Shown one piece after another: positions 61,490-64,000 of a DNA stretch of 64,000 nucleotides (position 1 is its first letter; each line of letters opens with the position of its first letter). The notes below the pieces were generated by a model, which saw only the letters and a program-made list of their open reading frames with translations, had not been told where the DNA came from and ran no database searches. The position numbers were made by a program, and so were the translations under genes. The DNA is taken from NCBI GenBank assembly GCA_963809215.1, contig CAWEIJ010000002.1, forward strand, positions 2,019,220-2,083,219, read 5' to 3'. Source of the DNA: an uncultured Chloroflexia bacterium (GTDB lineage: Bacteria; Chloroflexota; Limnocylindria; Limnocylindrales; CSP1-4).

Positions 61490-63073
61490 TTACAGCGAGG
61501 AGACGACGGCGGCGGCGATCCGCTCCGCGTTGGCCGAGATCGTGAGGGCCGGGTGGAAGCCGATCGCTGACGGGATCGCCGACGCGTCCGAGACGAACAG
61601 GCCGGGGTGGCGGTGGACCTCGCCGAGCGGCGAGACGACCCCGTCGTCTGCGGACGATCCCATGATCGCGCCGCCCAGCGGGTGGACGGTCACGCTGCGC
61701 CCGGCGAGCGCCCAGGTCGGCGACGCGACGAGCCGGCCGCCGTAGGCGTCGGCGAGCTCGGACAGCAGGCGCCACTGGCGCGCGAGCAGGGCCGCGTCCG
61801 TCCGGCGGTAATCCCACGCGACGTCGAACGCGGGTCCGTTGCGCCCGCGCCGAAGCACCATCCGTCCCGTCGCGGAATCGCGGCCGATCGCGAAGACCGC
61901 GGTGGCGTGCCGGGCTGCCCCGAGCCGTGCGTCGTCGGGGGGCCCGCCGAGCGTGCCGCGCAGGAGGCTCGAGCCAAGGCGGGTCCCGAGAAGCGCGTCC
62001 ACGAGCCCGTTGGCCGCTGGCCAGAGGAGCCGCCCGAGCGGACCGAGCGGCACCGGGCCCGCGCCTGCGGCTCGCGCCACCACGTCCATGACCGGGGTGC
62101 TGAAGGTGGGGGTCGCGATCGTGATGCCCGGTCCGGCGTCGAAGGCGCGCAGGACCGCCGTGACGTCCGGGCCATGCGACGGATCGATGGGTCCCGGCGT
62201 CCCGACGATCGCCCCGATGAAGTCGCCGTTGCCGGAGAACCGCTCGCCGAGGCGGCTGCTGAGGCGCGGGAGCGTTCGGTGCTGGTCACGGGCACGCAGG
62301 AGGAGCTCGGTCGTGCCGAGCGTTCCGGCGGCGAGCACCACCACCCGGGCCGTGAGCGTCGAGCGCCGGCGATCCGGCACGCTCGCGAGGGAGACCCGGT
62401 AGCCACCCGGCGCCGGCTCGACGGTGATCGCGCGCAGCCCGGTCCTGATCTCGGCCCCGAGGGTCCGTGCCTTCGCGAGGTACGTGGCGTCGAGGGATCG
62501 CTTCGCCCCGAAGCGACACCCGAACTCGCACTCGGCGACCAGCCGGCAGGCGTTCCAGTCAACGGCGAGCGGCGGGCGCAGCATGGCGTCCGTGCGGCCC
62601 AGGCGCTCGACCGCCCGGTCCATGGCGACGTTCTTGGGAAGACTGCGCGGGTCCGGCACGGGGGAGGGCCGCAGCTCGGCCTCCACCATCCCGTAGAACG
62701 GATCGAGGCCGGCACGATCGACGCCGGTTGGCCAGCGCTCGTCGAAGACGCGGGCATCCGGCCGCACCAGGACGTTCGCGTACACGAGCGATCCCCCACC
62801 CAGGCCGGCAGCGGTCAACGTTGCGATCCCGGAATGGAACCGGAGGTCGAAGAGGCCGGTCCACGACCGCCGGGCCGGGTGGCGCCAGAGCAGGCGCGGC
62901 GCGTCGAACGGGTCGCGAGGGAAGTCGTGGTCCTCGTAGCTCCGACCACGCTCGACGACGCATACCCGCCGTCCCGCCTCGGCCAGGCGGAGCGCGGCGA
63001 TGGAGCCGGCAAAGCCGGATCCGATCACGACCGCGTCGTACGTCGGGGAACCGGCCGCCGCGGTCGCGGTCAC
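61490..63073 (-). CDS. GMC-family FAD-dependent oxidoreductase (cholesterol-oxidase-like)
   Basis: YDAVVIGSGFAGS Rossmann motif. GTG start overlapping the upstream gene stop (GTGA). C-terminal GMC pattern. Confidence 0.8.
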   Translation of the reverse strand: MTATAAAGSPTYDAVVIGSGFAGSIAALRLAEAGRRVCVVERGRSYEDHDFPRDPFDAPRLLWRHPARRSWTGLFDLRFHSGIATLTAAGLGGGSLVYANVLVRPDARVFDERWPTGVDRAGLDPFYGMVEAELRPSPVPDPRSLPKNVAMDRAVERLGRTDAMLRPPLAVDWNACRLVAECEFGCRFGAKRSLDATYLAKARTLGAEIRTGLRAITVEPAPGGYRVSLASVPDRRRSTLTARVVVLAAGTLGTTELLLRARDQHRTLPRLSSRLGERFSGNGDFIGAIVGTPGPIDPSHGPDVTAVLRAFDAGPGITIATPTFSTPVMDVVARAAGAGPVPLGPLGRLLWPAANGLVDALLGTRLGSSLLRGTLGGPPDDARLGAARHATAVFAIGRDSATGRMVLRRGRNGPAFDVAWDYRRTDAALLARQWRLLSELADAYGGRLVASPTWALAGRSVTVHPLGGAIMGSSADDGVVSPLGEVHRHPGLFVSDASAIPSAIGFHPALTISANAERIAAAVVSSL

Positions 63074-63993
63074 CCGAACGGGAGCCTCGGGCGGACGTAC
63101 ACGTCCCACAGCGAGCCCACGAAGTACCGCCAGAATCCCAGCCATGCGAGCGCGCTCGCGACCAGCCCGCGTCCCCGCAGCAGCCGGAAGGTCGTCGCCT
63201 GGCGCAGCAGGTCCGGCAGGCGCAGATAGAGCACGCCCGCTCCTTCGACAGGATCCTCCTCGCCGTCGCCGGCGTGGACCGTCACGAAGAGGGTCGTGGT
63301 GTCGGCCCAGACGTCGAAGCCCGGGTCGTCGTGGACCTGCTTGACCCCGAGCAGGAGGTGGCGCCGGCCCTCACGGTCGGTGAACGGGAGGCGGTACCGG
63401 AACTGCCGCCAACCCGGCGTCACCTGCACGAGGAGGTTGAACAACCCGTTGCCGATCGGAAGGCGCCCGCCCAGCGCGGGGCAGTCGACGCTGCCGGTCG
63501 CCCTCGCCACGTGGGCAGGGTCGGCCAGGAAGCGGTCCAGGTCCTCGACGACGATGGCGAGCCGGACCGCCAGCGACGTGCCCGCGGTGCGTCCCTCGGC
63601 CTCGCCCGTGCGCGGATCGGTCGTGCCCTGCGCCCACGTCCCGCGCATCGTCTCGACGAAGCGCAGCCCGGTGGGAGGCGCCAGCGGGCCGGACGGCTCG
63701 AACGGGACGCTGTGCGCGGCGAGGTAGGCGCGCGCGTCTCGAACGCCCATGTCCACGATCCGGCTCATGTCGCCCGCGGAGAAGAAGACCAGGTAGTCGA
63801 GGGGGACGGGCGTCGCGTGCCGGATGACGTGGACCGTGACGTGGCGATGCCCGGTGTCCGTGCCGGCGGCGACCGCGGCGTTGATCCGCTCGATCTCGGC
63901 GAGCTCCTCGTAGAAGCGCCCGTCCGCGACCGCCTCGATGATGTCGAAGTACTGGCGGTACGGCCCCGTCTTGGTGTCGGCCGTCTCGGCCAC
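63070..63993 (-). CDS. hypothetical protein co-transcribed with the GMC oxidoreductase (may start at or beyond 63993)
   Basis: Protein-like composition over the whole ORF; no family recognised. Confidence 0.45.
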   Translation of the reverse strand: MAETADTKTGPYRQYFDIIEAVADGRFYEELAEIERINAAVAAGTDTGHRHVTVHVIRHATPVPLDYLVFFSAGDMSRIVDMGVRDARAYLAAHSVPFEPSGPLAPPTGLRFVETMRGTWAQGTTDPRTGEAEGRTAGTSLAVRLAIVVEDLDRFLADPAHVARATGSVDCPALGGRLPIGNGLFNLLVQVTPGWRQFRYRLPFTDREGRRHLLLGVKQVHDDPGFDVWADTTTLFVTVHAGDGEEDPVEGAGVLYLRLPDLLRQATTFRLLRGRGLVASALAWLGFWRYFVGSLWDVYVRPRLPFG

Positions 63994-64000
63994 GGTCCAG

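Overview
High-GC (~70%) bacterial chromosomal segment; the gene content (F420-dependent LLM oxidoreductase, PP2C/STPK pair, CoxSML-like molybdoenzyme, GTG starts with 4-nt overlaps, G-rich Shine-Dalgarno sequences) suggests an actinobacterium or Chloroflexi-like organism. The left half (0-34 kb) is ordinary housekeeping and catabolic content. It holds an APC permease, a PP2C phosphatase and Ser/Thr kinase pair, an F420 LLM oxidoreductase, two secreted peptidases (G1/eqolisin and C39-like), and a GntR-controlled CoxS/M/L/G-type molybdoenzyme operon. It also holds a sugar ABC transporter with deoC, and an AraC-flanked amino-sugar operon (OYE/FadH fusion, three Gfo/Idh/MocA oxidoreductases, ROK kinase, NagA). 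The right half (34-59 kb) is an accessory cell-surface and glycan island. Three consecutive giant secreted repeat proteins (about 1.1k, 1.6k and 2.3k aa) combine DUF11, PQQ-sugar-dehydrogenase, PKD and Ig-like modules. All three, plus a divergently encoded GH5 hydrolase, share an unclassified ~150-aa beta-sandwich lectin-like domain. Downstream sits an operon of PEP-CTERM protein, exosortase/EpsI fusion, zinc-ribbon GT2 processive synthase, GT-C membrane protein and a GH-A lipoprotein. The sequence carries many single-nucleotide frame disruptions concentrated in the repeat-rich genes, plus an in-frame amber codon in the GT2. There are also near-identical 309-bp and 870-bp tandem coding repeats, some identical between paralogous genes. 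No rRNA, tRNA, CRISPR array, transposase or integrase was seen.
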